Part shown: one piece after another, positions 32,464-40,908 of the stretch
How the letters are laid out: every line of letters starts with the position of its first letter
Position numbering within the stretch: the stretch's first letter is position 1
From: an uncultured Candidatus Saccharibacteria bacterium
GTDB taxonomy: Bacteria > Patescibacteriota > Minisyncoccia > Phycocordibacterales > UBA918
Length of the DNA stretch: 64,000 bases
NCBI GenBank assembly: GCA_964353135.1
Contig: CAYGTV010000001.1
Location: 87,138-151,137 of the forward strand
Direction of reading: 5' to 3'
Notes under the pieces: generated by a model
What the model was told of the DNA's origin: nothing
The model's input: the letters and a program-made list of their open reading frames with translations, nothing else
Database searches by the model: none
Program-made: the position numbers and the translations under genes

Positions 32464-32550
32464 AACAACCCACCTAAAGTTAGAGACAGAAACCAGACTT
32501 TGCAGCTTGTAGCGCAACTGCAATATTGCTCTAACTTTAGGTGGGTTGTT
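32464..32550. repeat. 22-bp perfect inverted repeat separated by a 43-nt spacer (long hairpin)
   Basis: AACAACCCACCTAAAGTTAGAG (32464-32485) is the exact reverse complement of 32529-32550. It is followed by TTTTATAT, and the spacer contains a nested TTGCAG/CTGCAA palindrome. Confidence 0.5.
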
Positions 32551-32680
32551 TTTATATAAGAAAACCTCGCGCGATATACGGAGCCTTCATGCGTTTTTTT
32601 TATTTGCAATAAAAAAACCGCTGGTAAAACCATGCGGATTTGTAGTGTGAGAAGTTTTGCCAAGGTGTTCCTCTCACCCT

Positions 32681-32708
32681 TTGTCGGCAGCAGCTTTCCG
32701 CTGCCGAC
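32681..32708 (-). terminator. hairpin downstream of the minus-strand gene (no clear U-tract)
   Basis: TGTCGGCAGC-agctttcc-GCTGCCGACA, a perfect 10-bp stem. Confidence 0.3.
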
Positions 32709-32717
32709 ATTACTGAT

Positions 32718-33335
32718 TCAGACCTCTACATTGGAGCCGTAACCCAACTTTTGCAAGAAGTTTTGAGGAAGCGACAGAGGATCAGTGTCCTCCATCTCTT
32801 CCTCGTAGCGCATCTGCGCCCAGTCTCTCCAGTTAGACCGCGGGTCCAGACGGGAGAGCTCAACAGTGAGCTCCTTAATGACGGGAAGGGTAGCTAAATA
32901 GCTATCCGTCCCGTAATCGTCGTTTTGGAAGAATGCCTCAGCGGCATCTTCCTGTGACTGGCACCACAACAGGTGTGGCCGATTGGTTTCGTAGGTCAAG
33001 TCGGTCACCTCCCAATATGGTGTCCAATCATACCCCCAAGCCAGCCGGCGGTATTTTAGGAAGTGATCCATGATCACCTCCCGATCACCGTTGATTTGAA
33101 CCTGGATACCCAAGGGGTATCCTTTTCCTCCTCTTTCACTGATCTCGATTTTCATCGAAGCATCTTTGACAGACACCTCGATGTTTTTGATCAGCTCCCA
33201 AGTTTTCGGGGGCTCGTTACCGATGTAGGGCTTGGTATAGTCGACCAGAGCGCGAATCTCTGGCGACAGCTCCAAGGCTGTCTCAATGAGAGTCGAAATT
33301 AGATCTTCGTCGGTTGTTTTAAAGAACGTTTGCAT
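32718..33335 (-). CDS. hypothetical cytoplasmic protein
   Basis: The ATG at 33335 (MQTFFKTTDE) was chosen, with an AAGGAG RBS 6 nt upstream. The ORF track extends it to 33401. Confidence 0.45.
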   Translation of the reverse strand: MQTFFKTTDEDLISTLIETALELSPEIRALVDYTKPYIGNEPPKTWELIKNIEVSVKDASMKIEISERGGKGYPLGIQVQINGDREVIMDHFLKYRRLAWGYDWTPYWEVTDLTYETNRPHLLWCQSQEDAAEAFFQNDDYGTDSYLATLPVIKELTVELSRLDPRSNWRDWAQMRYEEEMEDTDPLSLPQNFLQKLGYGSNVEV

Positions 33336-33514
33336 CGTTTTCTCCTTTGGGTTTGGTTGTCTGGGGAGACTCCCCAATGGAGCTTTGTTTCTATGGACCA
33401 CTGACTAGAGTCAGAAACAAAGTGCTGTGTCTCTATAAGAAAGCTGCGGCGACTGCTGCAGTGCATGACACAAGTTAGTATTTATATTATACATAAAAAC
33501 ACTAAAAAGTCAAT

Positions 33515-33548
33515 AAAACCGCCTAGCGTTAGCCAGGCGGTTTTATTG
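33515..33548 (-). terminator. intrinsic terminator
   Basis: CCGCCT-loop-AGGCGG flanked by an A-run and a T-run. Confidence 0.4.
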
Positions 33549-33567
33549 TTTTGTTTAACTAGGGGAA

Positions 33568-34329
33568 CTAGTTAGTAGTGGTTGCTTCTAGTTCTGCTTC
33601 ACTAGATACTTCGGCGTTGGCACCTAGGTCAATTGCTGCATCGAAGGTATCCATAGAATCACCCATGTCTGAGTCCATATCATCCATTTCAGACTCGGTT
33701 GTCTCGTCAGTTGTAGTTGCTTCTTCGTCAGTCATTTCACCTTCGTCAGTTCCAGTTTCTGCATCTACGTCTAGATTAGCTTCAGCAGTAGTGTCTGCTG
33801 CAAAATCAACTTGAGCGTCTAGTTCTGGGTCTGCTTCGTACTCTGGTACTGAATCAACCACAGTTTCTTCAACGTCACTGATGACGTCAGCTACAGTTTC
33901 GTTTAGGGTTCGGTTCGGTCGGTATGAACCACCTCGACGTAAAACTTCCGCTGCCACCACAGTATCATTAGCGTTAGCTTCAACTATTGCGAGAGTATTT
34001 TGATAAGTAACCAAAATATTTTTTAGTCGGTCCAATCCTTCTGCCAGTTGTGTTCGCTGGGAAGGTGTTAGTTCAGCTTTTTCAGACTGTGTAGAGGCTT
34101 CGTTAATCGCGTTGAGGCGAGTAACAATTCGGACTTTAGCGGCTGTGGCGTCTGCTTCTGAAAGTGTTCCAGCTGATACTTGTGCATCGAGCGTCACTAG
34201 TTCGTTTTCTAGTTCAGTAATTTCTGCATCAACGTCTGCTACGTAATTATAGGTATTGCTCGCAGTGAGCAGGAACCATCCAGCAGCAATCGCTGCCACG
34301 ACAAGTAGGGCAATAATAATTTTATTCAT
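33568..34329 (-). CDS. membrane-anchored coiled-coil protein with a highly acidic C-terminal tail
   Basis: N-terminal TM MNKIIIALLVVAAIAAGWFLL. The C-terminal 80 aa is rich in D/E/T. Confidence 0.5.
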   Translation of the reverse strand: MNKIIIALLVVAAIAAGWFLLTASNTYNYVADVDAEITELENELVTLDAQVSAGTLSEADATAAKVRIVTRLNAINEASTQSEKAELTPSQRTQLAEGLDRLKNILVTYQNTLAIVEANANDTVVAAEVLRRGGSYRPNRTLNETVADVISDVEETVVDSVPEYEADPELDAQVDFAADTTAEANLDVDAETGTDEGEMTDEEATTTDETTESEMDDMDSDMGDSMDTFDAAIDLGANAEVSSEAELEATTTN

Positions 34330-34469
34330 AGGTATGTTTTTAGTTTAGGTTTGTGTGTTGCGTAATAAACCTCTTCTTCTACTGTACGCCTGCTTGTCGC
34401 AGATGTATATACGATTGGAGTGACTCGCTGCTGTATATGACGTTGGGGAGGGGAGAAACTTACTGACAA

Positions 34470-34496
34470 ACAAAAAACCCCGCACAAAGCGCGGGG
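34470..34496 (-). terminator. intrinsic terminator
   Basis: CCCCGC-acaaagc-GCGGGG. On the minus strand it is followed by TTTTTTGTTTG. Confidence 0.5.
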
Positions 34497-34518
34497 CTCT
34501 TGCGGGGCGCGGGGTCGA

Positions 34519-34833
34519 TCATAGATAAATCTCTATGATGTCAAATATTATATAGGGTTCGCGCCCAGTGTTCTCGGCTACATGTGTGCCGTCGGACCAA
34601 TAACATTTGAGGCCATTGGTTATTGTTGGAGGTTCGTCCCCTCCGAATTTCCAAGATTCAAACGCTCCACACTGTGGACAGGAATGAGCCTCATCATAAC
34701 TACATTCTCCTGTCTCCCCATCAGCACAAGCGTTTGTGTGTTCCCAAACAGTCTCGCAATCGGGACACTTATGTTTGTGAAATCGCTTGCCTGAGCATCC
34801 GACGTTAGAATTTCCGATTTCGAATTTGCTCAT
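34519..34833 (-). CDS. Cys-rich zinc-ribbon protein
   Basis: Contains CPDC...C...C...CPQC pairs in 104 aa. Confidence 0.45.
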   Translation of the reverse strand: MSKFEIGNSNVGCSGKRFHKHKCPDCETVWEHTNACADGETGECSYDEAHSCPQCGAFESWKFGGDEPPTITNGLKCYWSDGTHVAENTGREPYIIFDIIEIYL

Positions 34834-34896
34834 TTCAACTTAACCTCCGTACTAATCGGTCCATTTTATAACCTATTGATAAATTTAAGTCAAGTA

Positions 34897-34938
34897 AACA
34901 AAAAGCCCCGACACTGAGAAGTGACGGGGCTTTCTTTG
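34897..34938. terminator. bidirectional intrinsic terminator
   Basis: GCCCCG-14 nt-CGGGGC with A/T runs on both sides. Confidence 0.45.
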
Positions 34939-34954
34939 GGTTGAGCTGAAACTT

Positions 34955-35092
34955 TACTTGTTCAGCTCAGGAAAATTTGCTGAAAGATCAAACCATGCTG
35001 TTGTGTCGATGCTTGAAAGTCCAAAGAGGACAATCGCTGCAAGCGAGATCTGCATGATGATGAGGGTGTGCGAGGAGCTGAGGTTGAACATG
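34955..35092 (-). CDS. possible 45-aa hydrophobic peptide
   Basis: Manual translation gives MFNLSSSHTLIIMQISLAAIVLFGLSSIDTTAWFDLSANFPELNK. It is short with no clear RBS, so confidence is low. Confidence 0.2.
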
Positions 35093-35166
35093 AGAGCGGT
35101 CCTTTTCTGAAAGTGTCCAGTGCTTATTGATTAGAATTATACATTAAATATAAGTTTTGTCAACCA

Positions 35167-36033
35167 CTAACCAAAACTCTGGCTTGCGACGAGTCTCCCG
35201 GTTGTAATATCAAAAAGTGCCACACCAAGTTGTTCGGTTTTGGCGGTTTGCTGTAGTTGTTGCTGGGTGAACTGTAAAGCAGCGGTAGCAAAAGCATCAG
35301 CATCGGCCGCGGTCACTGCTTTTATAAACGTGGCGTCACTGGTGAGTTGGTCAGATACAATATGGTTGTGAGTTCCGGTAGCGTTTTTCCAGACCCGCTT
35401 GTGGGGGCTCGAGGCTGCGAAGCCTTGATTGAGGAGGGTGGTTTTGGCGATTCCAGTTCCTGGTTTGATTGGGTGCTCGAGGAAAATAGTAATTGGTTCA
35501 CCGGCATTGTGAGTGACGTACATGTCACCACCTCCATTAATTAAAAATTGCTCTAGGTTCAGTGTCTGCTGTAGTTCCTTTGCAATCAGATCAATCAGAT
35601 AGCCCTTACCAAATCCACCAAGATCAACGTTGCCGTGTTTGAGCTCAATCAACTCGGAAGTGATTGTAAGGTCTGTGATCGGATTTCCGGCTGTTTGCGT
35701 AGTTTCGTTAGCACTGAAGCTATAGTCAGCGTCATAGCCCTTAGACTCTAGAATATGACCTGTCAGAAGGTTGAAATAGGTGTCCGAGCGAAGGTATAAG
35801 TGCTTGCCATATTCGAGGAGTTGTACAAATTCTGGAGAGGGATTTTGAAAACTCCTTTCACGATTCAGGATAGAAATTTGTGAGTCGGATTGAAACCTAG
35901 AATACTTTTTCTCATAAGCTGACGCAAAAACCTCGACGAAGTTTGTAACTTCGTCGAGGTTTTTGCTTGAGAGGTTTTCAAATAGTTCAATCCACCACGT
36001 GGTACCAAGAGCCTCAAATGAAAACTTCATCAC
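35167..36033 (-). CDS. ApbE-family FAD:protein FMN transferase
   Basis: The LGGFGKGYLIDLIAKEL region matches the ApbE pattern (dlGgiaKGyavD). Confidence 0.65.
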   Translation of the reverse strand: MMKFSFEALGTTWWIELFENLSSKNLDEVTNFVEVFASAYEKKYSRFQSDSQISILNRERSFQNPSPEFVQLLEYGKHLYLRSDTYFNLLTGHILESKGYDADYSFSANETTQTAGNPITDLTITSELIELKHGNVDLGGFGKGYLIDLIAKELQQTLNLEQFLINGGGDMYVTHNAGEPITIFLEHPIKPGTGIAKTTLLNQGFAASSPHKRVWKNATGTHNHIVSDQLTSDATFIKAVTAADADAFATAALQFTQQQLQQTAKTEQLGVALFDITTGRLVASQSFG

Positions 36034-36036
36034 GGG

Positions 36037-36579
36037 TTAGAGTTGGGCTCGGATCTCGGCGACAGCTTCGTTAAAAGCATTTGAGGTAAGTGATGCTCCG
36101 CCTACTCGTGAAAGTTCAATAGTATTGACGTCTTTTCCAATTACTTCTGCTGCGTATGCATTGTCAAAACTACTGTGCTGGGGAGTTCCAGCTGCACCCC
36201 CGTCGTAGGTGACATTAGCATCAACAATAGTTGTTCCGTCTAGTTCAAGCGTTACCCCGATGTCGTGCTCAACACGACGAGGAGTAAAGTATGAAGCTTC
36301 TGCTACATAACTCTCGCTTGGAGCCGCTACTGCTTCTGGTGTTACAGTCTCATCGATCATAATATCTGACTCAGCCTCGATTGTGGCAGAATCAGCACCT
36401 GGAGTTAGTGAAGGTGGCTGTTCGGTCGGTGGGGTGTAACCTTCGGGTAGAGTGTTTTCAGTGTCGGCTTCAATGCGAGCTGTTTCTTCTAATACAGCGG
36501 GTGCTTCAACTGGTTCTCGGAATAATAGTAGTGCTCCAGCAGCGACCACGATAATAACAAAAGCGATAATATACGGCAT
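36037..36579 (-). CDS. membrane-anchored FMN-binding domain protein
   Basis: N-terminal TM. The C-terminus ...LSRVGGASLTSNAFNEAVAEIRAQL matches the FMN_bind domain (vSGAT-TS). It ends 4 nt upstream of the ApbE gene. Confidence 0.6.
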   Translation of the reverse strand: MPYIIAFVIIVVAAGALLLFREPVEAPAVLEETARIEADTENTLPEGYTPPTEQPPSLTPGADSATIEAESDIMIDETVTPEAVAAPSESYVAEASYFTPRRVEHDIGVTLELDGTTIVDANVTYDGGAAGTPQHSSFDNAYAAEVIGKDVNTIELSRVGGASLTSNAFNEAVAEIRAQL

Positions 36580-36624
36580 AAATAAATGGAATTACAATTT
36601 AAAAAGTTTATACTAGTATAAAGT

Positions 36625-38220
36625 ATGATCACAAACATTTCCAGGACAATCTCTTATATCTTTGCACTACCTAACCGTCTGACTGACAAAGTCGGTATGT
36701 ATCGGCTGGTGACGTTATCTTTACTGTTTATTCTAGGCTGCTCGTTGCTCGCGAGTGCGACCGGTCAGTTGTTTTACTCAGTTGGGGCTCAGCTGGTGTC
36801 CGTTTCACTCGCGGTGGGTATCGCACTCGCTCTCAATGTGTTGTGTGCAAAAGTATGGCATGTGCACGCTAACCACGAGTCAGCTGTAATCACTGGTTTG
36901 ATTCTGTTTTTCTTGGTGGGCCCAAAAGTGTCGCTCGAAGCAAATATTGCCCTGATGGCAGCGGTCGCCATTGCGGTGCTTTCTAAATTTCTAATCACGT
37001 ATCGCAAGCAACATATATTTAACGCCGCTGCGTTTGGAGCGGTCGCTGTCGCGGCTGGGGTGTGGGTCTACAACGTATTTTCAGGATCATCGTATAACAC
37101 CGATATCTTTGGTTGGTGGGTTGCCAATCCAGTCTTGTTCTGGCCGGTCTTGTTGCTGGGTATTTTGATAGTTTCAAAAATCCGCCGCTGGGCAATGGTT
37201 GGGTCTTTTATCGTTGTTGGTTTACTAGTGTTTTTGATTGAAGAATATCGGTTTGGTGCCCTTGCCTGGGAATCATTCCCACTGTATCTAGTGTCATATC
37301 CAACGTTGTTCTTGGCATTCTTTATGCTGACAGAACCGTTTACCATGCCGCCTCGCACCAGGCATCAGGTCATGTACGGCGCCCTGGTTGGGGTACTTTC
37401 AAGTACGGCGCTGTTCGCTCCGTGGTTGGCGATGACACCTGAGTTAGCGTTGATTATGGGTAACACATTTGCGTATACCTTTAGGATTAGACGAAAGCTA
37501 TTTCTCAAGCTGCAATCAAAACGAGAGATTGCCACCAACACCTGGGAATTCACATTTTCAAAACCGGCTGATTTTAACTTTGAGGCCGGGCAGTACGTCG
37601 AGTGGATGCTCCCACATCAGAAAACTGACACTCGAGGCCCTCGGCGCTATTTCACCATCGCTTCCAGTCCAACTGAGTCAGTCATTAGATTGGCATTGAA
37701 AGTGGTTCCAAGCTCTAGTGATATGCGTAGTAGTACTTACAAACAAGCCTTACTAAACTTAGATGAAGGCGAAGAGATTATTGTAAGTCAACTGGCGGGC
37801 GATTTTGTCCTACCAAAAGACACTAGCACTAAACTAGGCTTTATTGCCGGAGGAATAGGAGTCACACCGTTCTCGAGTCATTTGTCTTGGATGAAGGATA
37901 GCGGTCGTCACTACGACACTCGCTTGTACTACTGTTGCAACACCATGTCAGAATTGGCTTTCCTAGATGAGTTTGAAAAAATGAGTGACAGCATGCCGGT
38001 GGTTACAATCCCTGTCATTGCTAAAGAAGAAGTGAATCCACCAAACGAACGAGGGTTTCTAGCCGCTGAAATGTTAGCCAGAAGAACTCCTGATTTTAAA
38101 CAGCGAACCTGGTATATCTCTGGTCCACCCGGCATGGTCAACGCGTACAAAAAACTCCTCCGCGAAGCTGGCGTTCCAAAGAAGCAAATTCACACTGACT
38201 TCTTCCCAGGACTTGCGTAA
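36625..38220 (+). CDS. fusion of a polytopic membrane domain with a C-terminal FNR-like FAD/NAD(P)-binding oxidoreductase
   Basis: The C-terminal half has RYFTIASSP (the RxY[ST] FAD motif), GGIGVTP (NAD motif) and a GPPGM-like end. The N-terminal ~300 aa has about 8 TM segments. Confidence 0.65.
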   Translation: MITNISRTISYIFALPNRLTDKVGMYRLVTLSLLFILGCSLLASATGQLFYSVGAQLVSVSLAVGIALALNVLCAKVWHVHANHESAVITGLILFFLVGPKVSLEANIALMAAVAIAVLSKFLITYRKQHIFNAAAFGAVAVAAGVWVYNVFSGSSYNTDIFGWWVANPVLFWPVLLLGILIVSKIRRWAMVGSFIVVGLLVFLIEEYRFGALAWESFPLYLVSYPTLFLAFFMLTEPFTMPPRTRHQVMYGALVGVLSSTALFAPWLAMTPELALIMGNTFAYTFRIRRKLFLKLQSKREIATNTWEFTFSKPADFNFEAGQYVEWMLPHQKTDTRGPRRYFTIASSPTESVIRLALKVVPSSSDMRSSTYKQALLNLDEGEEIIVSQLAGDFVLPKDTSTKLGFIAGGIGVTPFSSHLSWMKDSGRHYDTRLYYCCNTMSELAFLDEFEKMSDSMPVVTIPVIAKEEVNPPNERGFLAAEMLARRTPDFKQRTWYISGPPGMVNAYKKLLREAGVPKKQIHTDFFPGLA

Positions 38221-38277
38221 CTCCAGTTAAATCGTTTTTCTCTGAGAAACATTTGTTACTTTCAAAGGAGACTGGTC

Positions 38278-38370
38278 ATGCCAGATGATGATCCACTACT
38301 AAGAACAATCAGCGACTCAATGGCTTGCATATTTCGACGGCAAAAGCGAAAGAGCTTTATTGTTGATTGA
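38278..38370 (+). CDS. possible 30-aa peptide
   Basis: AAGGAG lies 7 nt upstream of the ATG. Manual translation gives MPDDDPLLRTISDSMACIFRRQKRKSFIVD. Confidence 0.25.
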   Translation: MPDDDPLLRTISDSMACIFRRQKRKSFIVD

Positions 38371-38456
38371 AATGTGGGAAAAGGATCTCATTTCTGAAGG
38401 GCTGTCTCGAGAAGAGATATATCGCCACTAATCCAAATTGGTGGCGATAAAAACTA

Positions 38457-39134
38457 TTACCACGCGATCGGATTGATCGCGTGGTTTTGTAAATACTTAT
38501 TACACTGCGAGAAATGTTTGCAGCCAAAAAAGCCTCGATGAGCAGATAGGGGAGAAGGGTGTGGGGCGGTGAGGATGAGGTGTTTTGATTCGTCGATCAG
38601 GTTGGCTTTATCTTGGGCGAATTTACCCCAGAGTAAAAACACTACATGTTCTTGCTCGTCTGAGACCGTTTTGATGATTTGATCAGTAAACTGCTCCCAG
38701 CCTTTGCCTTGGTGGCTTCCGGCGTTAGCGGCTTCAACCGTTAGGGTAGCGTTAAGTAACAGGACACCCTGTATAGACCAATGCTCTAGGTTGCCATTGT
38801 CAGGGATTGGTTGGCCGAGGTCGTCAGCGATTTCTTTGTAGATATTTTGCAACGACGGAGGGATTTTTACGCCATCGGGCACGCTAAAAGATAAGCCCAT
38901 GGCCTGACCTGGTCCGTGATAGGGGTCTTGGCCGAGGATGACGACCTTGGCAGTATCGAGTGGACATAATTGAAGGGCGTTAAAAACTAGCGGGGCAGGT
39001 GGATAGATTGGTGGCTCATTGATCAAATACGACGCGTTGACGTCGAGTGTGAGCGCTTGCCAGTAGTCTTTAGTTGTTTCGCTCTGGAGATAAGTTTTCC
39101 ACTCTTCCGGTAATTCAGGAATCATTATGTACAT
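38457..39134 (-). CDS. ung: uracil-DNA glycosylase, family 1
   Basis: GQDPYHGPGQAMGLSFSV and HPSPLSA motifs. Confidence 0.85.
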   Translation of the reverse strand: MYIMIPELPEEWKTYLQSETTKDYWQALTLDVNASYLINEPPIYPPAPLVFNALQLCPLDTAKVVILGQDPYHGPGQAMGLSFSVPDGVKIPPSLQNIYKEIADDLGQPIPDNGNLEHWSIQGVLLLNATLTVEAANAGSHQGKGWEQFTDQIIKTVSDEQEHVVFLLWGKFAQDKANLIDESKHLILTAPHPSPLSAHRGFFGCKHFSQCNKYLQNHAINPIAW

Positions 39135-39155
39135 TATAGCGGTACACTTATAGAT

Positions 39156-39377
39156 ATGCGAGAAGCTCGATTTCGAAGTATTATCAAAGCCCTCACCTGG
39201 CGAGTGATTGCCACCTGTACAACAATGGCGTTGGTGTACTTTGCTACACGTGACTTGGAAGTAATGGGGGCGGTTGGGGCGGCTGATGTTTTGATCAAAC
39301 TATTTTTCTATTATTGTCACGAACGAGCCTGGGGGCGGATACCGTGGGGGAGAAATGTGCATTTTGGTAAACAATAA
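39156..39377 (+). CDS. small membrane protein
   Basis: 73 aa with two hydrophobic helices. Confidence 0.35.
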   Translation: MREARFRSIIKALTWRVIATCTTMALVYFATRDLEVMGAVGAADVLIKLFFYYCHERAWGRIPWGRNVHFGKQ

Positions 39378-39382
39378 CAAGT

Positions 39383-39769
39383 ATGTGGTTGCGTTTGTAT
39401 TCAGTAACGATCTTGGCTGCACTTACTCTACTATGTGTTTTTTTAGGATGGCTACTGCTCCTGCCTTTGCAGCCTGATTTGGTGTATGACTTGAGTGACA
39501 GACGGTTTGTATTGCTTAGTTATGTTGATTTTGTTTTCTTGATACTAGTTGCACTGACGATCGTACTGATTATTACTCGATCGTATTTTTACAACGCACT
39601 GCAAAGGATTAGCCTAGGAATGTTTGATCGTACCCTGTATCGACTGATGTTCAATCTGCCGTTGGTTCTCATTTGCTTGCTGTGCGCAGTAGTGCTTTTT
39701 GTAGTGTTTGCTGTATCACTTAGTCTCGGGATCGATTTCTCAAGCTACGATTGGCAGCCTGGACAATAG
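39383..39769 (+). CDS. membrane protein
   Basis: 128 aa with 3-4 TM helices. Confidence 0.4.
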   Translation: MWLRLYSVTILAALTLLCVFLGWLLLLPLQPDLVYDLSDRRFVLLSYVDFVFLILVALTIVLIITRSYFYNALQRISLGMFDRTLYRLMFNLPLVLICLLCAVVLFVVFAVSLSLGIDFSSYDWQPGQ

Positions 39770-40611
39770 TGTGTACCACGACCTGCGCAGCGGGTTTTTT
39801 TAATAATTTCACCACAGCGAGAACATGGTTTGCCCTGCTGTCCAAATACACGCAAGTAGTCGGTGAAATTTCCGTTGTCGCCGCCGGTGTCGACAAAGTG
39901 CTGAAAGGTGGTTCCGCCGACAGCGATTGATTCGCGCATGACATCTCCAGCGGCTTTACATAAAACCGCAGCTTCGGCCTTAGTAACTCTGTCAGCTCGA
40001 CGCATCGGGCGTACCTTGGCTCGCCACAGTGCTTCGTCCACATATATATTTCCCAGACCAGCGACAAATTTTTGATCGAGAAGAGCCGCTTTGACCGGTG
40101 TCTTTCGTTTCTTAAGTTTTTTGGTAAACCACTCACAATCAAACTCAGGATCAATTGGTTCTGGCCCAAAGCCGCTGCGGGCAACTGTAACCTCGGCAGC
40201 GGTTGCAAGTTTCGTGTACCCAAACAATCGCATGTCGTTAAAATAGAGGGTAGTGCGGTCAGTAAAATGAAATGCGACGCGCGAGTGTTTATGAGGGAAG
40301 TCACGACCGTCTGATTCTGACATTGAATGTCCTCCACCTGATATAGCGCCTGTGCTATCTACATAGAAAAACTGCCCAGTCATTTTCAGATGTGCAAGCA
40401 TAAACAGATCACTCTCATCTACGAATGAGAAAATCATCAATTTGCCAATTCGATCGATATTTTTGATTGTCTTGCCGCGCAGACGATCGTCGATCGTCTC
40501 GTCATGAGCGACAATTTTACTATGAAAAACTTCGACAGTGTCGATGGTTTTTCCGGTCACTTTTCGCACCAGTTGGAGACGAACAGTTTCAACTTCTGGG
40601 AGCTCAGGCAT
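39745..40611 (-). CDS. mutM: formamidopyrimidine-DNA glycosylase
   Basis: N-terminal MPELPEVETVR with the catalytic P2/E3. C-terminal zinc finger CSRCGEIIKKTRCAGRGTHYCPGCQ. Confidence 0.85.
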   Translation of the reverse strand: MPELPEVETVRLQLVRKVTGKTIDTVEVFHSKIVAHDETIDDRLRGKTIKNIDRIGKLMIFSFVDESDLFMLAHLKMTGQFFYVDSTGAISGGGHSMSESDGRDFPHKHSRVAFHFTDRTTLYFNDMRLFGYTKLATAAEVTVARSGFGPEPIDPEFDCEWFTKKLKKRKTPVKAALLDQKFVAGLGNIYVDEALWRAKVRPMRRADRVTKAEAAVLCKAAGDVMRESIAVGGTTFQHFVDTGGDNGNFTDYLRVFGQQGKPCSRCGEIIKKTRCAGRGTHYCPGCQS

Positions 40612-40908
40612 GTGGGTATCCTAGCAGAATTTACAGCTCCCTGAAATTGACAAAAACTAGTGATGTTCACTGAGCACTTTAGTGGGGATAATTCTGGGGA
40701 AAACCAGCGTATAACTCGGTGGGTAACCAAAGGACAAGTCGGGGAGTAATTGGGTACAACTGTCAAAACTGCGTATGATTAGAGAGGCTGTTCTGTGGCG
40801 TCAAACCATACAAAGCTATAATGTAGTCAAGTGACTTATACACAGTTATAGCCTTAAAAATAAGGCTATTTTAGCGATTTACGGGTTTTTTACATATAAT
40901 GTATAGGA

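Noticed and set aside
32403-32663. 86-aa minus-strand ORF in the atpD-downstream gap
   Set aside because: It overlaps the 22-bp inverted repeat and the AT palindrome. It has hydrophobic low-complexity translation and no RBS, and is most likely non-coding.
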